From: a virus
Direction: 5' to 3' (one strand)
IMG/VR virus record: IMGVR_UViG_3300008735_000003
Span: 7,595 to 71,594 of that record
DNA length: 64,000 nt
Numbering within the stretch: the first letter of the stretch is position 1; every line of letters starts with the position of its first letter. Under the pieces are notes generated by a model. It did no database searches and was not told where the DNA came from. It saw only the letters and a program-made list of their open reading frames with translations. Positions 1 through 9,575 of the stretch are shown here, one piece after another. The translations under genes and the position numbers were made by a program.

Positions 1-1
1 T

Positions 2-286
2 AGAGAGCTAGCTTATAGATCGTTGGAGATAGCTAAAGTTGCCGGCGATGAATATGAAATGAAAAAGGTTTTTGAGGCGGTTGTAGAAAATTTCGGCGTA
101 GGTTTTTTTAAGATATCAGACGATCGAATGTCGAAAGTGGCTGCCAGCTATACGGGACTATCCCCGCTACGAGATCAAAACTGCGCAAAGTGCCGGTTTT
201 TTTCTGTTGGTAAAATGGCGTGCGATAAAACGCATGGAAAAATAGCTGCCGCTGGATGGTGCGATAATTTTAAACCATCCGTTTAG
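2..286 (+). CDS. 5'-truncated protein ending in a HiPIP-like (high-potential [4Fe-4S]) domain
   Basis: Frame is open from position 2, so the gene probably starts upstream of the window. C-terminus Y-x9-C-x2-C-RFF-x6-C-x6-I-x3-GWC-x2-F matches the small-HiPIP cysteine pattern. Confidence 0.7.
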   Translation, partial: RELAYRSLEIAKVAGDEYEMKKVFEAVVENFGVGFFKISDDRMSKVAASYTGLSPLRDQNCAKCRFFSVGKMACDKTHGKIAAAGWCDNFKPSV

Positions 287-299
287 TAGGAGGAAAAAT

Positions 300-1517
300 A
301 TGGGAATTTACTTTGATTCAAATAAAGAATATGATTTAAACGATCATATTGAACGAGGAAATATGGAGGACCTCGCCAACTTTATAAAGGAGGGCGAGGA
401 TACTATCCCATCATATATACTGAGCGGGGAATCCCCCTACCACGACCCAAAACAAATAGGTGACGATGGTTTCGCCTTGGTTATTAAAGAGGGAGCAGAG
501 TCGTTTCGTAGATTTCCAGTTCATAGCAAGGCTGATACTTGGATGACACAACAAGCCTTCATTAAAACGTGTCATTCCTTGCCTATATCGTGCGTGGGTC
601 GTACTGCCCACGTTATAAAGAGCGCGTGCGAATTCTTTGATATAGAGATAAACGATTTCGTGAAGCGAGCTTCTGGAAAGGCTATAAAATTCGAAAACGC
701 ATCTTTAAATACAATAGATTTTAATGACCACGATGTTTGCTTCCTAGAAGATAAATTAGCGTCAGATATGCAAATGGAATTTCATTACGCACTCCCATCT
801 GAGGAGAGATATCCGCTAAATACTCAGAAGGAAATCAAGATGGCCTGCGAATATTTTCAAAAGCATGCCGAAGAACTAGGGAGCCTCGGAGAAGCCGAAG
901 AGTTTGCGGAAAATGTTAAATTGGCCTGTATAAAATTTAACGTAGATATTCCAGAAGCCATATATGAATGTACTGACGATTACAACCCCATCAATCTTGA
1001 GGTTATAAAGAAGGCGGTAGACGATAGAATTTATGTAGCAAATAGAATGTGGGATTCTAAACGTGTCGCCAATATAAAGTTGGCCTACGATAATATTATC
1101 GAGAACGCCCCGTTTTTAAAACCGAGCGAGGTAATACATAAAATGGAAGAGGTGGATAGCGGCATGATGAAGATAGCCAAGTATAACCACTTTCAAAAAC
1201 CATCCGACATAATTAAAATATCCTCTATTTTTGAAGGCAAAGACATAAGTGTGAATGAAACTCACGTTTCTCCGAATTTCGATTCAACCATGATCGAAGG
1301 GGAAGAGAGTGTAATAAATTCTGGAAATCACGTCCTTAATGACGAAGAATATGAAGCGTTGGAAACGGCCTTTAGTATGAATCCGAAGAGTCTCCACGGT
1401 TTTATATCGGATGAAACCATAGAAGGTTTAATGGTTAATTTCCGTGAGACCTATGAAATGTTGCCGATTGATGATAAACTTACAATCAAACAAGTATTAA
1501 CGACTCATATGGAGTAG
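300..1517 (+). CDS. Putative head-associated protein with two DUF6582-like motifs
   Basis: SD AGGAGG upstream. Motifs FALV..RRFPVHS and YALPSEERYPL..EIKMACEYF; several KxA motifs; lies upstream of the portal. Confidence 0.5.
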   Translation: MGIYFDSNKEYDLNDHIERGNMEDLANFIKEGEDTIPSYILSGESPYHDPKQIGDDGFALVIKEGAESFRRFPVHSKADTWMTQQAFIKTCHSLPISCVGRTAHVIKSACEFFDIEINDFVKRASGKAIKFENASLNTIDFNDHDVCFLEDKLASDMQMEFHYALPSEERYPLNTQKEIKMACEYFQKHAEELGSLGEAEEFAENVKLACIKFNVDIPEAIYECTDDYNPINLEVIKKAVDDRIYVANRMWDSKRVANIKLAYDNIIENAPFLKPSEVIHKMEEVDSGMMKIAKYNHFQKPSDIIKISSIFEGKDISVNETHVSPNFDSTMIEGEESVINSGNHVLNDEEYEALETAFSMNPKSLHGFISDETIEGLMVNFRETYEMLPIDDKLTIKQVLTTHME

Positions 1518-1518
1518 T

Positions 1519-2193
1519 ATGTCTTCGATCAAAAAACATGCAGCTAATTTTTTAAAGAGGGGCGAGGGAGAAGAAGGGCTTATAATCACATTGAAGGAAA
1601 TAGACGAGTGTCTATCCCACTTCTGTGGCGATCTTTGGGAAAATCTCGAAGTAGAAGAAATAATTAAACGACTAACCGAAGGCGGAATAAGGTTTGATTC
1701 TAGGGAAAACGACCCGTTTATAAATAAATTAAACTCGTTCTTAACGCTCATTTTTTCTACTTCGTTTTTCGAAGACATAGATATTTTTCAAAAAGTCATT
1801 TTAGCAATCAACGAAAAATTTGTGGATATGGAAACATTCCAAGAAATTGATTTAACCGATATAATTTATGGGCTAAAAGAAATGAGGGAAGTCATAGATA
1901 TGTCGAATCAAAATCAATTATTTTCCGTAGATATAAAGGCCTACGTTGCCGCCGTGGCGAAAAAAGACGGCCTCATCCTTCTACCGAAGGAATTAGAATT
2001 TGCACAAAAATTTTTAGATAAATTAAATGAAGGCTATACCGGAGACGATGTCCCGTCTAAGAGCGAAATATTAGAACGTATGGAAATTCATATTGATGAA
2101 TTGAATGAAGAAGAAAGTTCCATAGATAGGCAAGTCCTAAAAATAAAAGCATTAGAAATGAAAACAAAGATTAGAGATAAAGTTGTGCATTAA
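1519..2193 (+). CDS. Hypothetical acidic helical protein
   Basis: 224-aa ORF with GGAG SD; stop overlaps the portal start (TAATG). Confidence 0.6.
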   Translation: MSSIKKHAANFLKRGEGEEGLIITLKEIDECLSHFCGDLWENLEVEEIIKRLTEGGIRFDSRENDPFINKLNSFLTLIFSTSFFEDIDIFQKVILAINEKFVDMETFQEIDLTDIIYGLKEMREVIDMSNQNQLFSVDIKAYVAAVAKKDGLILLPKELEFAQKFLDKLNEGYTGDDVPSKSEILERMEIHIDELNEEESSIDRQVLKIKALEMKTKIRDKVVH

Positions 2194-4409
2194 TGAGTTT
2201 CGCTACAAAATCCAGTATATTTTCTGATGCCTTCCTTAGTCAAAAGACTTACTCAGGGGGGTTTACCCCCTCCCCATATGCAGATTTAGCGACATCTCGC
2301 GCTCCAAAAGATCTAAAGCGGATGTTTCCGCTTTTGGAATATTATGCAAAGATGGACGATGTCGTTTCTCCAATAGTTCAAAAGGCTTCGCAGTACCCCA
2401 TTATGCCGCTAGAATATTCAGCCATAGAAGAAGATAGAATTCGCAAGGTGGTTAAAGAAATATTCGAAGAGAATCTCGATGTCAGGAATTTTTTGATGGA
2501 ACAGAATATGGACTATAATACATACGGAAATTCGTTCACATCATTAAGTTTCCCATTTAAAAGATGGTTTAAATGTAGGGAATGCAAAACCAAGATGTAT
2601 GCAGATTTTATTTCTTCTTATAGGTTTAAGAATTGGAAATTCTACTTTAAATGCCCGCAATGCGGAGATAAAAAAAGGGATAAAGAATATGGCGATCAGT
2701 ACGTTCTTAATAAGAGCGGAGTAAATCTCATAAAATGGAGACCTCATGACATCGATATTATAAGACATCCATATACGGGGAAGAGCCAGTTTTTTTATAC
2801 CCCATCTAAGGAGAGAAGAAAAGAACTTTTGACGGGTAATAAATTCCTTCTCGACGGCACCCCCAAAATGATACTCGAAGCGATTAAGAAAAAGAAAAAA
2901 ATCGTTTTTAACGATGGGGATATTTTTCACATGAAAAGGCCCGGGGTGTCTTCTCAAAATCAAATGAGCGGATGGGGAATGCCCCTAATATTACCCTGCA
3001 TCCACCCTGGGTATTTAAAGAAAGTTTATATGAAAGCCTCGGAGGTCACCGGAGTTATTCGTTCCGCGCCAGCTCACTTCATTTATCCAGAAACAAATAC
3101 GGGGGCTGGAGCTCACGGACAAATTTTACAGTCACACGACGTGACATTATTTCAAGAACATATAAGGCAGGAGTTAATTAAGCACAGGTTTGATCCTGGA
3201 TATGTAATGACGTCTCCACATCCAATAGGGCAACAAATGCTTTTCGGAGATGCTAAACAATTTAACTATTACCAGGAAATAAAATATCAGGACGAACAAA
3301 TTCTTTCCGCTCTCGGATATCCGAGAGAATTATTACAGGGGGGGTTACAATTTTCAAGCTCTTCTATAGCACTAAGAATATTAGAAACGCAGCTCCTCAA
3401 GGTATTTCATTACAACAATTCGTTTCTTAAATGGCTTTTCCTTAAGGTTAGCGCTAAGTTCTCCTTAGGAGATAACTCCGTGTCTATGCAAAAATTTAAA
3501 ATGGCAGATGATATACAAATGCTTCAATTACAACTCCAAGAGTCTCGTGAAGGCGATATGTCTAGAAAACGTATTTGGGAAGGGGCGCTGGATATAGAAT
3601 GGGACGAAGAACAAAGAATGATAGGGAAGGAAGATGAAGAAAAATATTCCCGATTAAAGAGGCGCGCCATAGCGGATGCGGAGATACAAGCGGCTGCGCA
3701 AGAAATAATGATGCGCTCTCAGGCGAAACAAATGGTTAAGAGCGATGTAGATCGAATGAAACAACAAGCCGTAGCCTCTAAACGAGATCCATCTTATGCC
3801 AAGAGAATGCAAATGGAACAACAAATGGTGCAACAACAAGGAATGATGCAGCAAATGGAAATGATGGCTAAGAATCAGGAAATGAAACAGCAGCAACAAG
3901 ATCGTCTTATGGCCGACTCAGACCTAGAAAAAAATATAAACGAAAAAGAAATGGATCGTGAAGCTCGCCGCGAAGAGATGCAAGATAAACATATTGATAG
4001 GGAGTTGGAACGAGAAGACAAGGCTAAAGATAGAGAGGCGGAAAGGCAAGCTAAACTCGAAGATCGAGTGATGGATAAACAGATAAAAATGGATCAACAT
4101 GATCAACAAATGAGGGGGCAGGCTAAGATGATGGGCATCCCCGACGAGCGTGGAGGAATGGGAGAAAACGAAATAGGCGCGGGAATGGAAAATGGAGGGG
4201 GAATGGAAAATGGAGGGGGGATAGCCTCTATCGTTAATATTATAGCGAGCAGGGAAGCATCGCCTTTCGAAGCGTTGAGATATATAGAAGAAAGAAGCCC
4301 GCAGCTTTATGAAGGGGTGGTGCAATATTTTATGCAAAACCAAGCCTCTTTTTCTCAGGATATAATTCAAGAAGTCATGACATACATCGAATCTAGAGGT
4401 GGGATGTAA
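2193..4409 (+). CDS. Portal protein with Zn-ribbon insertion and long Q/M-rich C-terminal coiled coil
   Basis: Portal-like motifs DYNTYGNSF, DIFHMK and WGMPLI; CRECK..CPQCG insert; size and position in the head module. Confidence 0.8.
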   Translation: MSFATKSSIFSDAFLSQKTYSGGFTPSPYADLATSRAPKDLKRMFPLLEYYAKMDDVVSPIVQKASQYPIMPLEYSAIEEDRIRKVVKEIFEENLDVRNFLMEQNMDYNTYGNSFTSLSFPFKRWFKCRECKTKMYADFISSYRFKNWKFYFKCPQCGDKKRDKEYGDQYVLNKSGVNLIKWRPHDIDIIRHPYTGKSQFFYTPSKERRKELLTGNKFLLDGTPKMILEAIKKKKKIVFNDGDIFHMKRPGVSSQNQMSGWGMPLILPCIHPGYLKKVYMKASEVTGVIRSAPAHFIYPETNTGAGAHGQILQSHDVTLFQEHIRQELIKHRFDPGYVMTSPHPIGQQMLFGDAKQFNYYQEIKYQDEQILSALGYPRELLQGGLQFSSSSIALRILETQLLKVFHYNNSFLKWLFLKVSAKFSLGDNSVSMQKFKMADDIQMLQLQLQESREGDMSRKRIWEGALDIEWDEEQRMIGKEDEEKYSRLKRRAIADAEIQAAAQEIMMRSQAKQMVKSDVDRMKQQAVASKRDPSYAKRMQMEQQMVQQQGMMQQMEMMAKNQEMKQQQQDRLMADSDLEKNINEKEMDREARREEMQDKHIDRELEREDKAKDREAERQAKLEDRVMDKQIKMDQHDQQMRGQAKMMGIPDERGGMGENEIGAGMENGGGMENGGGIASIVNIIASREASPFEALRYIEERSPQLYEGVVQYFMQNQASFSQDIIQEVMTYIESRGGM
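4182..4217 (+). repeat. 18-bp in-frame tandem duplication (GMENGG x2) in the portal tail
   Basis: ggaatggaaaatggaggg occurs twice in tandem. Confidence 0.85.
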
Positions 4410-4819
4410 TGGCAAGTTCTGGGAAATATGGGAATTTTTCAATAAGGCAAATGGGGCCGTCGCTACCTGGGCTGGACGAACATAGCTCCAGACTTCCAAA
4501 GAATGGCGCCTATAAGAGTAGAATATTTAATTTATGTAGTCCGGATGAAAATAAAGAATTCGAACTTTTAATGACAGATATAGCCAAATGCCCGAAAAAA
4601 TATTCTTATATAGAAGTGGATAAATTTAACTATGAACACTTCACCTATAGAGCGGTTTCCTTTTTCGAATTAAACGGTACGGTAGAAAAGGAGGAAAAAA
4701 AATCCTCCGTTTCTTTTGCCGATGTTATCTCTCCTTTTTTAGACGAAGAAAAGAAAGAGGAAAAAAAGAAGGAAAAGAAGGCAGTCCCTAAGAAGAAAAA
4801 GGTGAAGAAAAATGGATAG
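4409..4819 (+). CDS. Hypothetical protein with Lys-rich C-terminus
   Basis: 136-aa ORF coupled to the portal stop. Confidence 0.6.
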   Translation: MASSGKYGNFSIRQMGPSLPGLDEHSSRLPKNGAYKSRIFNLCSPDENKEFELLMTDIAKCPKKYSYIEVDKFNYEHFTYRAVSFFELNGTVEKEEKKSSVSFADVISPFLDEEKKEEKKKEKKAVPKKKKVKKNG

Positions 4820-5480
4820 CATAGATAATGTAAACGTTCATCTCACCCCGATCACAAATACAGTCGATAATATTTATGGAGCATTCATTTATATAAACCA
4901 TAATGAGGCGTCGGCATCATACGATGTGTATAAAAAAACGAGCTTAGACTCCGATTTTATCCTTCTAGATAACATCGTTTTGCACGATTATTTCTTCCCG
5001 CTACCAAAAAATATAACTACAGTTCAATTTAAAGTGGTTGGAAAGAAGAGCGGGGAATCTAATGTTACATTCTCTACGGAGATACTTAATATTCCGACTA
5101 CCGAATTTTTCGTTACGATCACGGGATACCTAACCTCTATGGAGGGAACAAAACTTACTAATACCCTCGTCTACTATGAGCTCATGCCACACTACGTTGA
5201 ATTTGAAGTGAATGGAATGGTAATAAATAAATCCATTGAGGGAGTAGCGGTGAGCGATGGAAATGGAAAATTCGAAGTCACACTCCCGGCGAATAGGGGG
5301 GCAGATGGATCTAAAGTCATAAATATGGGGAACACTTATTATGAATTTACATTCTCCAATTCATCCATTAAGAGGGAGATAAATATTGATGATGGATTGG
5401 CGCAATCATTTTCAGATTTAAGGGTGCCCGAGCGAATGAGAAGAAGACGAGATAACTTCCTAGATATGTTGAGGGTTTAA
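4812..5480 (+). CDS. Putative virion beta-sandwich protein (prealbumin/carboxypeptidase-regulatory-like C-domain)
   Basis: VTITGYL..EG..L.NTLV...SDGNGKFEVTLP pattern. Confidence 0.4.
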   Translation: MDSIDNVNVHLTPITNTVDNIYGAFIYINHNEASASYDVYKKTSLDSDFILLDNIVLHDYFFPLPKNITTVQFKVVGKKSGESNVTFSTEILNIPTTEFFVTITGYLTSMEGTKLTNTLVYYELMPHYVEFEVNGMVINKSIEGVAVSDGNGKFEVTLPANRGADGSKVINMGNTYYEFTFSNSSIKREINIDDGLAQSFSDLRVPERMRRRRDNFLDMLRV

Positions 5481-5840
5481 GTGGGAGCTATAGTTACCGG
5501 TAAAACTAAGTTTACAGTTTCTGGAAGGCATACTTGCGGGGACGATTGGATTCCCTTTACAAAAACAGAAAGCCTAGATAAGGAACTCGAAGAGATGTTA
5601 ACTATTGAAGACGAAAAAACTGCCGTGGTCGGGTCATATTGGAAGGGGCCGTTGAGTTGCGGGGTTAGTTTAAAAGTTGAAATGGAATCCGCAAAATATG
5701 ATCATGAAGTTAATGGTAAAAAAATATCTACCGAAGATGATGGAAACGATCAAATGAAGTTTACATTTTATGGCGGACAAGGCGTGGCTAAATTCGAAAG
5801 ATGGTCAGAAGGGAATAAACTCTTCGATATCGATGCCTAA
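5481..5840 (+). CDS. Small protein, possibly PAAR-like spike tip
   Basis: GTG start with GAGG upstream; HTC, SCG and VNGKKI.TEDD elements loosely resemble PAAR repeats. Confidence 0.3.
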   Translation: MGAIVTGKTKFTVSGRHTCGDDWIPFTKTESLDKELEEMLTIEDEKTAVVGSYWKGPLSCGVSLKVEMESAKYDHEVNGKKISTEDDGNDQMKFTFYGGQGVAKFERWSEGNKLFDIDA

Positions 5841-7588
5841 CTAATATCTAAATTTTTAATGTCGAAAGGGTCGGAATTCGGCGAAATAACATCGTCTCCT
5901 GAATCTCTATCCCTCACTCTAATCAACGCCGAAGTATAATCGTTCGGCAATAAAGCTAATGAGTTCCAATTTATTCCCCTGCGCGTCCCCGGCGAAACGG
6001 CTTTTAAATGAGGAGTTCTCGTAACGTTGGCATCTTCGCTCCAAGAAGTGCCCCCATCAAGAGAGTATTCCAAATATATTTCATGGTTGGCATTGGATAG
6101 GCACAATAGATCGTATTTAATCGAGATGACCCCACTATTTCCTGTAACTGCCGGTTTAGAAATCGATGGCATGTTAGATATATTGAAAGAATTCGAGGCT
6201 GGGGAATAGACGGCACTCCCCCCATTTTCGTCTTGTATCCTAACCATAACCCCAACTAAGTTCCCATGGGTCAGCGTAGAAGTGTCCCAATTCACAAGGT
6301 TATCGTTTCCGTTAAAAACGTTCGTTATATCTGGGGTAGAAGTTATATTCGTCGTCTCATTCCAAGAGGCGCCCCCATCCAGGGTATACGCTAGCACCAT
6401 TTTATGCGAGTACCCAGATGTATCTGCAAGATCATATTTCACCTCGACTATCCCGGCATTTCCGGTAACAGTCGGTTTGGTTATAATCGGAATCGGCTCA
6501 TCCCCATGTATGTCTAAGAATGTCGTTATACTTCTCAGCTCCTGCGCCCTAATCCTTAGCTCCTCTATATATCTTGGTTCATTTATAAAAACTGAGAATG
6601 TCCCCCCAGACCCAGAAGCTCTTTTTCGAAATAAGAAGTAAAAATTGTCTAGAAAGTAGTCCATTCCGGATTTGATACTAGACAACCCACTATCTAAATC
6701 TATTTTCCACTGAACATGATTGAGAGGAACCCCGGCAGAGCTCATCCCGTCTATATGTGCCTTCAGACTAATTAACGCGGCTTGATAGGAGGTGTATTCA
6801 TCTTCTGGAATTAATGATATCAACGTCCCTATATTGGAAGAAATAGAATCTCGGATTGAATCGAAGTTAGTCAATAGTTCGGCGGAGAGTGTAGCCTCGT
6901 TTTGATCTCCAATGATGAGCGGATATGAACCGAGTATTTTTCCGAGTAAGTTAAATAATTGCGGTGGAGAAGTTTCCCATACATTAACCGTTAAAATTAG
7001 CTTTAAAATATATTGATCTGAATATGCCGGCACATATCTATTTTCAAATATGGCGCCCCTTACGGGGAGACTAGAAAAGTTTTGAATATATGCCGGATCG
7101 CCTGGGCGTTTATATTGTGACGGATGAAAATCGATATTAAAGTTAGCATTCGTTTTTCCAGAGAACTCGCTCTTTAGCGCTTCGATATAAGATATAACGT
7201 TTGTGTCACTTAAAAAGGTTGTGTCTATTAGTGGAAGCTCTGGTGGAACAAAAAAATTCGGGGTAAACCCGGTAGATGGAGAAACTATCCCGGAATTATG
7301 CAGATCCACTTCATATGGCGTATCGTAGGCCTCCGTCAATATTGACCAATAAAGGAGCAGTATTCCATTGGGTCCTAGAAAATAATTCCAAGCATCGGTG
7401 TAAAATTTATCCTTCTCAATTTTTATTAGGAGGTCGGCCTCCATATCGGAGACGGTTTGATCTAGCTTATCAGCCTCCCTCCCCATCTCCGTCTTACCCG
7501 TAAGATATTCCCTCTCCCCATCATTATTGAATCGAATTAGGCTAGTTTCTAATCTAGTTCTAGACGTGGACGAAAAATTTATCGGCAT
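5837..7588 (-). CDS. Putative virion protein with two C-terminal Ig/FN3-like repeats
   Basis: Duplicated KP.VTGN.G...KYDL...Y.LDGG.SW...NW unit at the C-terminus. Confidence 0.55.
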   Translation of the reverse strand: MPINFSSTSRTRLETSLIRFNNDGEREYLTGKTEMGREADKLDQTVSDMEADLLIKIEKDKFYTDAWNYFLGPNGILLLYWSILTEAYDTPYEVDLHNSGIVSPSTGFTPNFFVPPELPLIDTTFLSDTNVISYIEALKSEFSGKTNANFNIDFHPSQYKRPGDPAYIQNFSSLPVRGAIFENRYVPAYSDQYILKLILTVNVWETSPPQLFNLLGKILGSYPLIIGDQNEATLSAELLTNFDSIRDSISSNIGTLISLIPEDEYTSYQAALISLKAHIDGMSSAGVPLNHVQWKIDLDSGLSSIKSGMDYFLDNFYFLFRKRASGSGGTFSVFINEPRYIEELRIRAQELRSITTFLDIHGDEPIPIITKPTVTGNAGIVEVKYDLADTSGYSHKMVLAYTLDGGASWNETTNITSTPDITNVFNGNDNLVNWDTSTLTHGNLVGVMVRIQDENGGSAVYSPASNSFNISNMPSISKPAVTGNSGVISIKYDLLCLSNANHEIYLEYSLDGGTSWSEDANVTRTPHLKAVSPGTRRGINWNSLALLPNDYTSALIRVRDRDSGDDVISPNSDPFDIKNLDIS

Positions 7589-7867
7589 TTAAATCAAGGC
7601 TTTTTTTATCGTTTTAGACCATACAATCTTCAATGCCTTTCTAGGAGCCACCTCCATAGTCTTTCCGTTTAAAGTCTTCGTAGTTCCAGCTCTTTCGTAT
7701 ATGTGTATCGTCCCAATCCCGGGGAGCCTAAATTTTCCTTCTTCCTTGAGTTGATTTATTACGAGGTTTACGAGGCAATCATAAAAAGCGTCTAAGACGC
7801 GTCTAGGAATCATTTGTATCTCCGCCATACTCTGCTTAAACGTCTTAAATTTATCTACTCTACTCAT
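7589..7867 (-). CDS. HU/IHF-family DNA-binding protein
   Basis: QLKEEGKFRLPGIGTIHIYERAG...GKTMEVAPRKALKIVWSKTIKKAL matches the HU fold; start moved to ATG 7867, which overlaps the upstream stop. Confidence 0.85.
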   Translation of the reverse strand: MSRVDKFKTFKQSMAEIQMIPRRVLDAFYDCLVNLVINQLKEEGKFRLPGIGTIHIYERAGTTKTLNGKTMEVAPRKALKIVWSKTIKKALI

Positions 7868-8132
7868 TATCGACTCCGTAGGCCGATTTAAGTGCGAGCA
7901 TATTCTCAATTTTAATGTCTACAGAACGACAATGTGGGCACATAAACAACCCAAACGTTATGCCCGGATCGTTTCCTCTTACTTTTCCCGCAACCTCTAA
8001 TGTTGCTTCGAATTTATCCATCTTTCTCCCAAGACCACATTCTTGGCAAATTACAGATTGGACAAAAAAACCTTTTTCAGCTTCGGTGTATTGCGGAGCC
8101 AACGTATGGTCCGATGTTTCTTCTTTAGACAT
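7860..8132 (-). CDS. Zinc-ribbon protein
   Basis: CQECG and CPHC pairs; AAGGAG SD. Confidence 0.65.
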   Translation of the reverse strand: MSKEETSDHTLAPQYTEAEKGFFVQSVICQECGLGRKMDKFEATLEVAGKVRGNDPGITFGLFMCPHCRSVDIKIENMLALKSAYGVDNE

Positions 8133-8157
8133 GAAATCTCCTTTTCTTTGTTGTTAC

Positions 8158-8185
8158 TGATATACTAGATGTATCCATAATAACA
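8158..8185. promoter_or_regulatory. Overlapping divergent extended -10 promoters
   Basis: TGaTATACT on + (8158-8166) and TGtTATTAT on - (8185-8177) in the gap between divergent genes. Confidence 0.45.
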
Positions 8186-8201
8186 CAAGAGGGAGTTTTT
8201 T

Positions 8202-9575
8202 ATGACCTATACGCAAAAATTACATCCATTGGGTGCGGAAAAAATAAGAGAGAACTTTAAATTCTTTTCTAATGAAATCTGCCTAGCCATCATAGATGTA
8301 GTAGATGTGGAATCCTCAACCTTTGAAGCAGAAATATTCGATCCGCCAAAAGGAAGGCCCGTAATAGTTCCCTATGCCCATACCGGATGGTCATATGTGG
8401 GGGGTTCTGGAATCATATATATACCTCAGGTCGGAGATATCGCGATACTAGCCAGCATAGGGAAAGATTATTACCCTCTTGGATATACATCGATTCCCAT
8501 ATTGGGCGGCGATGAGAAGGGTAAAGAGAAGGAAAGCGGTAAAGATACGAACTATCTTAAAACGGCGACATATCAAAAGGGAGAAGGGGGCAAACCGAAA
8601 AAGCCGAATAGGTCTTGTGGAATGCTTAGACTCCCGCAGGGCGCGGCCGCGTTATTAGGTCCAAAGGGAACATCGGCCGTTATAACGAATGGAAGGCATG
8701 TTGAAATGAGGTCTTCTGAAGAATGCTCGATAGAACTTAAGGGAGACTCCGCGATCGCGGGATCTACGCCTATCATGTCATTTTTTTCCTTAGATGCAAA
8801 ATTCGATTATTCCTCGTGTCTATTTGAATTCGAGCGGTTAACGGACCGCGGATCTGAAAAGGGGAACAAGGGGGCAAAAAAGAATCGTGGTTTTTCAGCT
8901 AAATTACAAAAAAAAGCTTTGGAAAAAATAAAGGGGAAAACTGGAACAGATGGAGGGGGCGGAGATTCAACTGCGTCTACGAATACACTCAACACCCAAT
9001 TATTTTTCAAGACTACCGGTAGGAAAGAGGATAAGTATTATCAGATAACAACCGGTCATCATTTAGATAATAAAGAACATATAAGAGAAGAGGCACTAAA
9101 AAAACCAGATGAAAAGAATTCTGACACAACGAATGTGGACCCCTCCAATGATGTTGGAAATAAGGGATTTAGCATGGACGGAGCCATCCCGAAGGGGGGA
9201 AGTAGCGCGCTTTCTCCAAAAAACACCAAACCAACATCTAAGGGGAGAAACCATAATTCGCTTTGGAAACGCGTCCTTAAAGACGACGGAGAAATAATAG
9301 AAGCGTCTGAAGAAAATATGGAATATCAAACTCAAAAGGACTTTAAGATATTTGCAAAGGAAACATTGGCGTTTCTCTCCGAGAAAGAAACGCTTGTTTA
9401 TGGAAAAGAAGATGTAAGCGTGCTGGGCGAGAAAAACATCACAGTAAATAGTCAAGATAAGATCTTATTAACAAACCAAAACGTTCAAATGGAATTTGGT
9501 GATAAAATAAAGGTAGATAAAGCTTCTAATAGCGAACAAAAGAAGCTCCCGAAGAAAACAGATGGAATACTTTAA
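8202..9575 (+). CDS. Baseplate spike (gp5/GpV-like OB fold plus C-terminal beta-helix)
   Basis: GSGIIYIPQVGDIAIL OB-fold motif; 8-residue-period repeats near the C-terminus (KDFKIFAK/ETLAFLSE/KETLVYGK/EDVSVLGE). Confidence 0.65.
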   Translation: MTYTQKLHPLGAEKIRENFKFFSNEICLAIIDVVDVESSTFEAEIFDPPKGRPVIVPYAHTGWSYVGGSGIIYIPQVGDIAILASIGKDYYPLGYTSIPILGGDEKGKEKESGKDTNYLKTATYQKGEGGKPKKPNRSCGMLRLPQGAAALLGPKGTSAVITNGRHVEMRSSEECSIELKGDSAIAGSTPIMSFFSLDAKFDYSSCLFEFERLTDRGSEKGNKGAKKNRGFSAKLQKKALEKIKGKTGTDGGGGDSTASTNTLNTQLFFKTTGRKEDKYYQITTGHHLDNKEHIREEALKKPDEKNSDTTNVDPSNDVGNKGFSMDGAIPKGGSSALSPKNTKPTSKGRNHNSLWKRVLKDDGEIIEASEENMEYQTQKDFKIFAKETLAFLSEKETLVYGKEDVSVLGEKNITVNSQDKILLTNQNVQMEFGDKIKVDKASNSEQKKLPKKTDGIL

